From: Ignavibacteriales bacterium
GTDB lineage: Bacteria; Bacteroidota; Ignavibacteria; Ignavibacteriales; SURF-24
DNA length: 64,000 nucleotides
NCBI GenBank assembly: GCA_050258815.1
Contig: JBLMZM010000361.1
Location: 15,846 to 79,845, forward strand
Direction of reading: 5' to 3'
Shown here one piece after another: positions 7,845 through 16,110 of the stretch. The translations under genes and the position numbers were made by a program. The notes under the pieces were generated by a model. It did no database searches and was not told where the DNA came from. It worked only from the letters and a program-made list of their open reading frames with translations. How positions within the stretch are numbered: position 1 is the first letter of the stretch; the number at the start of each line of letters is the position of its first letter.

Positions 7845-10040
7845 ATGGCACCTAAGGCAAGTAAAGAGGTTGCAAATGTAATGGCACTTCTGGATAAAAA
7901 ACTTAAACATGAGGACAAGGGGACGGTTTTAACGTTTTCTCAGTTCCTTGAAAAAGTGGCTTCACAGCCGGAAAAGATTTTCAGAAATATCTTCCAGATG
8001 TTCCATGATATGATATTCCACTATATTCAGGAAGAGGAAGATTTTACCAATGATCCTGAAAGCATAAACTATAAGACTATTCAGTGTGACAAACTGTTCG
8101 TCGAGCAGACAGATACTCCGTTTTTTTCGGATCTGCCCCTGGCCAACAGACTCGTGCGCCTGGCTGATTCCTTCAATGAAGGCACACAGCAGAACAAAAT
8201 CTATATTTTTATAGGTCCTCCGGGCAGCGGAAAGAGTACCTTCCTCAATAATCTGCTGCAGAGATTCGAGGAATACAGCCATACAACAGAAGGACAAAAC
8301 TATGAAGTGGTCTGGAGGCTGGATAGTTCCAGGCTTAGCAATGGTATAACGACGGGGATTCTGGAAATCCCTTGTCCCAGTCACGACCATCCCATACTCA
8401 TGATCCCGAAGGCTTACCGCCAGGAGGTGTTGGAGGAGCTGATCCCTGAGGAGGAAAGGTCCGCCATTTTCAACAAAAAAGAATATGAATGGGTCCTCAA
8501 GGAAAAACCCTGTACAATCTGCAGCTCAATATATGATACACTTGCAAAGAAGCTGGGCTCCCCCCAGGACATATTTAATATGTTATACGTGCGGCGCTAT
8601 TATTTTAACCGCAGACTGGGCGAGGGAATCAGCGTATTTAACCCGGGTGACCCACCTTCAAAACAGTTCGTGCTTACCAATGAGGTAATACAGAAAGAAC
8701 TGAGCGGCATCTTTAAGGACAGCAATATCATTCAGTACATATTTTCGCGCTATGCAAAGACCAATAACGGCGTGTTTGCTCTCATGGATGTCAAAGGGCA
8801 CAATGAAACAAGGCTGGTTGACCTGCATGGCATCATCAGTGAGGGTGTTCATAAAATTGAGGACCATGAGGAGTACGTAAAATCGCTGTTTATTGCCGTA
8901 ATGAATCCTGAGGACAAGGAAAAGATCAGGGACATTAATTCATTTACAGACCGTATTACGGAAATCAATGTCAACTATATACTGAACTATACCGAAGAGG
9001 TAAAAACATATTACCAGTCGATGGGTAAAAAAGTGAGCAGGCATTTTCTGCCCGGCGTGCTGGAAAACTTTGCTAAAATCATCATCAGTTCCAGGCTAAA
9101 CCCCGAGTCAGAAGCAGTCAAGGAGTGGATACAGCATCCCAGGAAATATGAGAAATACTGCGATGACGACCTGCTGCTGCTGAAGATGAGCCTGTATTCC
9201 AATTTAATACCCGGCTGGCTTTCAGATGATGACCGCAAGACCTTCGATAAGCAGATGAGAAGAAAGATCTTCAGCGAATCGGAAAAAGAAGGCCGCGAAG
9301 GCTTCTCGGGCCGGGAATCCATCAATATTTTTAACGACTTTTACAACGTATACAGGAAAAAGGTAAAAAACGGCAAAGGTGAAAAACTGATCACCATGGA
9401 TGACGTAAAGAATTTCTTCCTGAAACAAGTAGACAGAAGGGAAATCATCCCAAGGGGTTTTATCGATTCAATTATAAGGCTCTATGATTACAGTGTCATG
9501 GAAGAAATCAAGGAATCGCTCTTTAATCATAATGAGAAAAGAGTCAGTCAGGATATACAGAATTATCTGTTTGCGTCGAATTACGATATAGGTGAGAAAC
9601 AATTCTGCCCTTATACCAACGAAACAGTTGAAATTGGAGAGGCTTTCTTTGAATTAATAGAGCAGAACCTGTTCAAGAGAAAAATAAGCATGGAATCGCG
9701 CAGGAACTTCCGTTCCGAGATTGCCTCCAGGTTTACGATTACGCTGCAGGAGATGGTAGGAGAAGAAAGAGATATAACAGATACTCACATCTATAAGGAG
9801 CTCTATTCCATTTATATGAACAATCTGCGTGAGAATATTTTTGAGCCGTTTTTGAAATATACGGCCTACGAAAATGCCATTAAGGATTATGGGACTGATA
9901 AATTTGAGAAGTTTGATTCCAGAGTAAAGGAAGACGTGGTGTTTCTGGTAAAGAATCTTACCAGCAAATTTAACTATACCAGTGAAGGTGCCAGACAGGT
10001 ATGCTTGTATATAATAAATAAAAATGCATCGCTGAACTAA
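7845..10040 (+). CDS. PrkA-family AAA+ protein, paralogue 2 (degenerate Walker B)
   Basis: 731 aa; LTFSQFLEKV...FRNIFQMFHDMI N-terminus typical of PrkA, Walker A GPPGSGKST, CPSHDHP...CTIC, NNGVFALMDV at the Walker B position, SFTDR, EGREGFSGRES. Confidence 0.85.
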   Translation: MAPKASKEVANVMALLDKKLKHEDKGTVLTFSQFLEKVASQPEKIFRNIFQMFHDMIFHYIQEEEDFTNDPESINYKTIQCDKLFVEQTDTPFFSDLPLANRLVRLADSFNEGTQQNKIYIFIGPPGSGKSTFLNNLLQRFEEYSHTTEGQNYEVVWRLDSSRLSNGITTGILEIPCPSHDHPILMIPKAYRQEVLEELIPEEERSAIFNKKEYEWVLKEKPCTICSSIYDTLAKKLGSPQDIFNMLYVRRYYFNRRLGEGISVFNPGDPPSKQFVLTNEVIQKELSGIFKDSNIIQYIFSRYAKTNNGVFALMDVKGHNETRLVDLHGIISEGVHKIEDHEEYVKSLFIAVMNPEDKEKIRDINSFTDRITEINVNYILNYTEEVKTYYQSMGKKVSRHFLPGVLENFAKIIISSRLNPESEAVKEWIQHPRKYEKYCDDDLLLLKMSLYSNLIPGWLSDDDRKTFDKQMRRKIFSESEKEGREGFSGRESINIFNDFYNVYRKKVKNGKGEKLITMDDVKNFFLKQVDRREIIPRGFIDSIIRLYDYSVMEEIKESLFNHNEKRVSQDIQNYLFASNYDIGEKQFCPYTNETVEIGEAFFELIEQNLFKRKISMESRRNFRSEIASRFTITLQEMVGEERDITDTHIYKELYSIYMNNLRENIFEPFLKYTAYENAIKDYGTDKFEKFDSRVKEDVVFLVKNLTSKFNYTSEGARQVCLYIINKNASLN

Positions 10041-10085
10041 AGCTGCAAAGATATTTTTATTTTTACTAACAACTCAACTCCAAAT

Positions 10086-10139
10086 CCCGGCAGTTCCGGC
10101 TCACCCATTGTGGGGGCCGGACTGAACCGGATGCTTTTT
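10086..10139 (+). terminator. Probable intrinsic terminator of the prkA operon
   Basis: GC-rich imperfect hairpin (ccggcagttccggctc...gggccggactgaaccgg) followed by a T run, between convergent genes. Confidence 0.5.
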
Positions 10140-10591
10140 CAGCAAAAATTTAGCACCTTGCTTTCGAGGGAATTCCTGAATTTTTCCAGTTTTAACTGCA
10201 GGTCACTGAGCACAGAGGCATTGACCCCGGATTTTTTCAGTTGGCGGCTGTTCTCTTTTGCAGTCCTTATTATCTCGGTGGCATTGGTTAGAAGCTCATT
10301 ATGTTTTAGTCTTACAAAGTAACTTACGCTATTTCTGCACCTGCCTTTGGGATCTGCGTCCTCAATTCCGTAAAGGTATAAAACTGAAGCTACACGCACA
10401 AGGGCAAAGATCAAATCGTCTTTTGCATTCGAAGTCTGAATCGATTTCTCCAGAACGCCGGTTAATGCTTTATGTTCTTTGTTCTTAACTTCTTCCATCA
10501 ACCTCTGATATCTGGAAGCACCCAAAGCATTTTTATCAAACAGCGGTAACGGCTCATACATATTTGCTTTTGTAGTGTGTTGGTTTATCAT
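10139..10591 (-). CDS. Hypothetical alpha-helical protein
   Basis: 150-aa ORF with AGAGG upstream; segments AKDDLIFALVRVASVLYLYG...RLKHNELLTNATEII...SGVNASVLSDLQ resemble an uncharacterised helical family I recall from FCB-group genomes. Confidence 0.6.
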   Translation of the reverse strand: MINQHTTKANMYEPLPLFDKNALGASRYQRLMEEVKNKEHKALTGVLEKSIQTSNAKDDLIFALVRVASVLYLYGIEDADPKGRCRNSVSYFVRLKHNELLTNATEIIRTAKENSRQLKKSGVNASVLSDLQLKLEKFRNSLESKVLNFC

Positions 10592-10739
10592 AATGGAACC
10601 TCTTTGCCTTTCTTCTGATTTTTCCTCAAAAGATCCTTGGTATATTTTTTATTATCATGCTTAATTCGTTTGTTAAAAATAACATCAGAAAGCACGGAGG
10701 CAAATAGGTATATATCTGAAAGATTTGTAGGAGTTTCTC

Positions 10740-11474
10740 CTACTGTTCACTTGTTTCGTCACTCTTGCCTTTATATTCCATATACCAGGAAACAAACCAG
10801 ACAAAGGAGGCCCATGCCAGTCCCAGGGCCCATCCGGCCAGGACGTCCGTAGGGTAATGGACCCCCAGATATACACGGCTGATACCAATTATAAAGGTCA
10901 TGAATATGCCCGTAATAACCACGTAAATTCTTACATTGCGGTTTTTCTGAATGCGGGCAATCAGCACGGCAATGGACAGATATATGACAGCAGACATCAT
11001 CGAATGTCCGCTGGGAAAGCTGTGTGAGTATTCTGGCATGAGCTGGAATGCCAATGCAGGCCTCTGGCGTGCTATTAAGAGCTTTAAGAGGTTTTCCAGC
11101 AGTCCTCCCCCTAAAGTTGCCAGCAGCACCAGCATTGCAGAGCGCCTTTTCTTTTGAAGCAGCAGGTATATTATTGTTATTACTGAAAACAGAACTATTA
11201 CGGTCGCACCCCCGAGGGATGTGATATCCCTCATGATGCCAATGAGTGCATAGGGACCCCGGGGTCTGGTATAACTTCCCGGCTGTCTCAGGCTTAATAG
11301 CAGGAATTCATCCAGGCGATTTGTACCTCCGGCCAATACGGCACCTGCCAGGAGCAGAAACATTAACAATCCGGCTATCATGAACAATATGCTGAGCAGG
11401 ATCTTTATTTCTCCAAAAGCATAGTGCGTGAATATTTTCTTTAAAAGCGAGTTGAGAGTTTCCTTCTTCTGCAT
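10740..11474 (-). CDS. PAP2-family membrane phosphatase
   Basis: KLLIARQRP, SFPSGH and SRVYLGVHYPTDV catalytic motifs plus several TM segments; start placed at ATG 11474 (the ORF extends to 11534). Confidence 0.92.
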   Translation of the reverse strand: MQKKETLNSLLKKIFTHYAFGEIKILLSILFMIAGLLMFLLLAGAVLAGGTNRLDEFLLLSLRQPGSYTRPRGPYALIGIMRDITSLGGATVIVLFSVITIIYLLLQKKRRSAMLVLLATLGGGLLENLLKLLIARQRPALAFQLMPEYSHSFPSGHSMMSAVIYLSIAVLIARIQKNRNVRIYVVITGIFMTFIIGISRVYLGVHYPTDVLAGWALGLAWASFVWFVSWYMEYKGKSDETSEQ

Positions 11475-11595
11475 CCTGAAAAATACTTCCCGTAATTTAA
11501 AGTGATATCTTATAACATACAGAAAAATCCGCAAAATCTCTTGTTATAGGAACCGAATATTTTTATGTTTAGTGTACTCAAATAAAAGGGAAACA

Positions 11596-11892
11596 ATGAA
11601 ATATTTTGTCTGTGAAATTGTTTATAAGGCTCCAATAGAGAAAATAGAAGAAACCACTCTTGAACACAGGAGCTTTCTGAAAGGGGGATATGACGAGGGA
11701 TTTATTCTGCTGTCGGGACCCCAGGTGCCCAGGACGGGCGGTATTGTGATAGCAAAGAGCGAATCAATGGAAAAGATCGCCGAATTTTTTAAGAATGATC
11801 CGTATCAGAAGAAAGGACTGGCTGAGTACGTATTTGTTGAGTTTATGCCAAAAAACTATCAGGAATTCCTGAAGGACTGGATTGAGCAATAG
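11596..11892 (+). CDS. YciI-family protein
   Basis: EHRSFL...LLSGPQVPRTGGIVIA...NDPY motif; AAGGGA upstream of ATG 11596. Confidence 0.88.
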   Translation: MKYFVCEIVYKAPIEKIEETTLEHRSFLKGGYDEGFILLSGPQVPRTGGIVIAKSESMEKIAEFFKNDPYQKKGLAEYVFVEFMPKNYQEFLKDWIEQ

Positions 11893-12087
11893 GTATCAAG
11901 GTACGGGTATCTGGAAAGAAGGGGTATTCAATCTCCTGCCTGCTCCATATCTATATTGTAATATGAGGCATGCAGGGGATCAAATAATATCAGTATAGTA
12001 CGTAGTCAATGTTAAGATCATTTATCAGACGGATGCCAGTATAGGCGGGTGCCAGAAATAACGGAAACGGACGGCGGGAGCCTGGTC

Positions 12088-12444
12088 TCAGACGTAATAT
12101 TCACCGTATGCTTTAAGCAGGTCCACCACCTGATCGGTCAGTTCACATACTGAATCATCACCGCCATCGCCTGAAATCGTGAAAACCGGTTCTGCAATTA
12201 TCCCTGCCTCATGCAATGCTTCTGCAATTCCCTTGTATTCTTTTCTGATGACCACAAGCCTGTTTTCACCAAATGGATATTCCCTGTAAAAATCAGGAAT
12301 GTTGTCAGTACACGTGATGATAGGGGTTTCATCTGAAGCTTTATATACCAAAGCCGGATTTAAGTCGTTGTATCTGGTAAAATACAGCTTACCTTTAAAT
12401 CCCTGCCATGTAAAATTATCTAAGATCAAAACTTCGTATACCAA
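12088..12444 (-). CDS. Hypothetical protein, DUF4313-like
   Basis: 118-aa ORF with a TTG start; RYNDLNPAL...PIITCTDNIPD...GIAEALHEAGII pattern resembles DUF4313-type small proteins (by eye). Confidence 0.55.
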   Translation of the reverse strand: MVYEVLILDNFTWQGFKGKLYFTRYNDLNPALVYKASDETPIITCTDNIPDFYREYPFGENRLVVIRKEYKGIAEALHEAGIIAEPVFTISGDGGDDSVCELTDQVVDLLKAYGEYYV

Positions 12445-12746
12445 TTTATTTTCTCGCTTTCGCTCTTTTTTTAGAATTTTTATTAACTTCCAGGGAAACT
12501 GAACTTAAAAAACCCGGAATATCTGTTTTTTGTTAATTGTTAATTTCAATTAACCCTTTCATTAATAATAACAAAGATATGAGGTCTGGAATTCCAAACC
12601 TGAAAATATTTTTGTGCTTGGGGTATTGAATGGGGAAAAACAGTGGTTTTTGGCAGCATTAAATGTAAGGGAAATGCATACGGGAATGATGAATAGTGTA
12701 TTTAGAGCATAAAATAAACCCGGATTCAGGTTTTTAAGCTGTTTAT

Positions 12747-12790
12747 AAAAACACCTCCCTGGGATGCAGTCAGCTCCCGGGGAGGTGTTT
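12747..12790 (-). terminator. Intrinsic terminator
   Basis: aaacacctccc...gggaggtgttt inverted repeat with a minus-strand T run, just after the stop at 12799. Confidence 0.75.
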
Positions 12791-12798
12791 AGCAGCTA

Positions 12799-14904
12799 TT
12801 ATTTGATCAGCATCATTTTTCTTACCTTCCTGAATTCCTGCGTGCCCTGCTGGGTAGGCTGGGCTATAATGGAATAAAAATAGAGTCCCGAGGGCAGGTC
12901 TGAAGCCTGAAAACTCAGGTGATAGGTGCCCGGGGCCTGGATTTCATTTATGATCTCAGCAACCACCTGGCCAATTGAATTATAGACCGTTAGCTTTACG
13001 TTGCTCTCAAGGGGCAGGGCGTAGCTGAGGGTTGTCGAAGGATTAAAAGGATTCGGGTGATTCTGGAAAAGTGAATACTCCGTGGGTACGGCATTATCCC
13101 TTTTTACAGAGGTAATGGTAGTTACTTCCGCCTGATTGCTGTATTGTGAGGGGGTATTCATATTAAAGCCCCTGATCCTGTAGGTATATAACACTCCTCC
13201 CAGGACGGTAGAATCAATAAACCCTGTAGAATTTGCTTCGGCAGTATCAATTGCGCTGAAATCCCCCTCCAGTTTCCGTTCAATAATAAATCCGGTTTCG
13301 CCTTCTGATTTATCTGTCCATGTAAGTTTTACTTTTTTAATTCCATATGGGATGGCAGCCAGGTTTTCCGGGGGTGGAAGCAGCGTAACGAAGCTGCAGG
13401 AGTTGGAAAACGCGCTTGTTCCGGCTGCATTGCGGGCGTTTATGCGCCAGTAATATCTGGTGCCGTAATAGAGGTTAGTCACTAGTTTCGAAGTAGCCGT
13501 GATCGTTGAGTCATCCAGAAGTATATTTCCGAAAATAGCGTCTGAGGCCAGCTGCAGGCGATAAGTCATGGCACCCTGTACGCTGTTCCAGACCAGTGTT
13601 ACATTTACAGGCTGGAAGGCTGAACCATCTGCAGGAGAGGCCAGTACCGGAATGGCAGGGATAGCCTTGATAGTCGTAAAATTCCAGGTGTCGGAATTAG
13701 GGCCGTAGCTGCCCGCATTTCTGCCTCTTAAGCGCCAATAGTATACAGTATTATTATTAAGGTGAGGAATTTGTCTGGATGTATCTGAAATCGCATATTC
13801 CTCGTATATAAGGCTGGAAAAGCTGGGAAAAGTTGATACCTGCAGGTGATAGCTGTCGGCAAAAGTCATGCGCTTCCATTTAAGCGTAACGTTAAGTGGC
13901 TGGTTAACAGATGAATTCAGGGGAGAAGAGAGAGAAGGCTGTGAAAGAATAACCGTGAAGACACGGATTTCTGACCAGGGACTAACTCCTCCGGCGTTCC
14001 AGGCGTAGACCCTCCAGAAATACTTCCTGCCGTTCTGAAGTGTCTTGAACTGCATGGAATTGGTTTTTATTGTATCGCTGTTATAGATAAGATAGCTGAA
14101 AGTTGTATCGGCAGAGACCTGCAGTCTGTATGCATAGGCTCCATAGAGGGCATTCCAGCTTAGAGTAACATCTATGGGCTGATTTACGGCTCCCATAGCA
14201 GGAGCAATGAGTGCAGGGGCACCGGGGGTGGCCACTATTGTGGTAAACCTCCAGATCTCCGACCACGCACTGTTCCCTCCCGGGTTTGAGGCCCTTACCC
14301 TCCAGAAATATTTTCTGCTATTTTCGAGATTCTTAACCTGCAGATATGTATCCTTAATATCGCTGGCATCATAAGTAATGTAATTAAACAGGGTGTCTGT
14401 AGATAACTGCAGCCTGTAAGAGACAGCACCCGGCGTGGATTGCCAGTTCAGGTTTAAAGTGACCGGCTGGTTCGTTGCCCCGCTGGAAGGGCTGCTGAGC
14501 CTGGGAATGCCGGGGGCTGTTTGTATGGTGCTGAAATTCCATGTGTCGGACCAGGGACTAGCTCCCGAAGAATCCCATGCACTCACCCTCCAGTAGTAGG
14601 TGGTGTTATTTTTCAGATTATTAATGGTGGCCGAAGTACTAAGAATATTAGTATCGATTACCACATTATTGAACTGGCTGTCGTAAGCCAAAACAACCTC
14701 ATAGATCGCTGCGCCAAAGGAATCACTCCAGCTAAGATTGACTGATACGGGCAGGTTGACCGAATTGTTTGCGGGTGAAAGCGGCTGTGGGGAAACAGGC
14801 ACAGTAAAGGCAGGAGCACCTTTTGCAGAGGCACATAGAGCCGAATCCATAAAAATAAGCCAGAGCAGCACACTAATGCCCGATAAAGTAATAATCCGTT
14901 TCAT
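12799..14904 (-). CDS. Secreted multi-Fn3 repeat protein with T9SS type A C-terminal sorting domain
   Basis: Signal peptide; five ~95-aa repeats (P.L.SP...V.L.W...Y.LQ.S...L.N...Y(Y/F)WR...WS..W.FTT) plus a sixth Fn3; C-terminal LFQNHPNPFNPSTT...LPSGLYFY...KMMLIK. Confidence 0.88.
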   Translation of the reverse strand: MKRIITLSGISVLLWLIFMDSALCASAKGAPAFTVPVSPQPLSPANNSVNLPVSVNLSWSDSFGAAIYEVVLAYDSQFNNVVIDTNILSTSATINNLKNNTTYYWRVSAWDSSGASPWSDTWNFSTIQTAPGIPRLSSPSSGATNQPVTLNLNWQSTPGAVSYRLQLSTDTLFNYITYDASDIKDTYLQVKNLENSRKYFWRVRASNPGGNSAWSEIWRFTTIVATPGAPALIAPAMGAVNQPIDVTLSWNALYGAYAYRLQVSADTTFSYLIYNSDTIKTNSMQFKTLQNGRKYFWRVYAWNAGGVSPWSEIRVFTVILSQPSLSSPLNSSVNQPLNVTLKWKRMTFADSYHLQVSTFPSFSSLIYEEYAISDTSRQIPHLNNNTVYYWRLRGRNAGSYGPNSDTWNFTTIKAIPAIPVLASPADGSAFQPVNVTLVWNSVQGAMTYRLQLASDAIFGNILLDDSTITATSKLVTNLYYGTRYYWRINARNAAGTSAFSNSCSFVTLLPPPENLAAIPYGIKKVKLTWTDKSEGETGFIIERKLEGDFSAIDTAEANSTGFIDSTVLGGVLYTYRIRGFNMNTPSQYSNQAEVTTITSVKRDNAVPTEYSLFQNHPNPFNPSTTLSYALPLESNVKLTVYNSIGQVVAEIINEIQAPGTYHLSFQASDLPSGLYFYSIIAQPTQQGTQEFRKVRKMMLIK

Positions 14905-15203
14905 GATGACCCCTCTATTTATATATATAATTATCTGGATGAAAAGGCTTATTAATAAATGCAGCGGTTTTTGCCGGATGCCAGGAATACCGGATTATTT
15001 AAGATTTCTCTCCTCCTGAAAGATCTCAGGCAGTGATATCTATAAATATATATTTAAATAAATGTTAATATTCAAGTCCGGGAGGCCATGCAGGCGAAGG
15101 GCTGTGACGTAGAATAGCAAAAACCGGTCTGAAAATATGCTTCTTCAGGATATTTCCGGGCCGGTTTCGTGTTTTATATGTTTCTTATTTTACTTCTCAA
15201 GTT

Positions 15204-15800
15204 TTACTTCTCAAGTTTGCTCTGTACCGTCTGTGCCATCTGGAGATGATCTTTCAGAACAGGGAGTGTCTGCTGGGCGAAAGCCTTAAGGCCGGGACTT
15301 TGCGCATTCTGTGCCATATCCTCAAATTCCTTGATGTCGTCCTTATGATCCTTTACCATCAGATCAACGTATTCCTTGTCGAAATCGCTTCCTGAAAGCT
15401 TGGATAACTTATCTATATTATCGCGCTGGTCATCTTTCAGAACGCCGGGAACAGGAATATTCTCCTTGGCAGCAATGGATTTAAGCTGCTCATTTGCCTT
15501 TGTGTGGTCATCCATAATGTGGCGTGCCAGGTCCTTAACTTCCTGAGAGCTTGCCCTTTCGAGTGCAATTGTACCCAGCTCTACTTCCATCATTCCGCCG
15601 CTTGCGGCATTATCGACGAATTCCCTGTTCACGCTTGCACCAGTCGTGGTACTGCCCACGTTCTCCCCGGCAGTATTTGTGCCGGTTGAAGTGGTTCCGG
15701 TGCCTGAATTACCCGTACTACCTGTCGACCTTGTGCTGGAACATGCATCTATAAAAAATACCATAGCAACCATCGCCAAAATCACAGCTATCTTCTTCAT
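15204..15800 (-). CDS. DUF4142-domain (ferritin-like) lipoprotein
   Basis: Lipobox-like DAC, Ser/Thr/Gly linker, FVDNAASGGMMEVELG...MDDHTKANEQL...FDKEYVDLMVKDH...LPVLKDHLQMA. Confidence 0.9.
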   Translation of the reverse strand: MKKIAVILAMVAMVFFIDACSSTRSTGSTGNSGTGTTSTGTNTAGENVGSTTTGASVNREFVDNAASGGMMEVELGTIALERASSQEVKDLARHIMDDHTKANEQLKSIAAKENIPVPGVLKDDQRDNIDKLSKLSGSDFDKEYVDLMVKDHKDDIKEFEDMAQNAQSPGLKAFAQQTLPVLKDHLQMAQTVQSKLEK

Positions 15801-15837
15801 AATTGTCTCTCCTTCGATTGTTAAAAATAAACTGTCA

Positions 15838-15851
15838 GCAAAAATATTTCC
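15838..15851 (-). promoter_or_regulatory. Possible sigma54-type -24/-12 element for the DUF4142 gene
   Basis: Minus strand reads cGGAAATATTTTTGCt: GG and GC at the canonical 12-nt offset, 38 bp before the ATG. The -24 box (GGAA) departs from the GGCA consensus. Confidence 0.3.
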
Positions 15852-16110
15852 GGGAAATTATCCGGAAATTCCGACATGCTGACCGATTTAAATATAAACT
15901 AAGGAGTTTTGACTGAATATCAAGAGTATATTTTTAACATGGCACCGGGTGTGTGATGACATGAAAACCATGAGGTAACCGGGGATAAAGCCTGCTTTTA
16001 TGTGCGGCAGTTACGAATTAATTTTACATATGAGATGGAAATAACATAAATTAGCGGGGGATATTTTCGATAATATACTGATGCATTAAAAATTCTCATG
16101 GGGACCGAAA

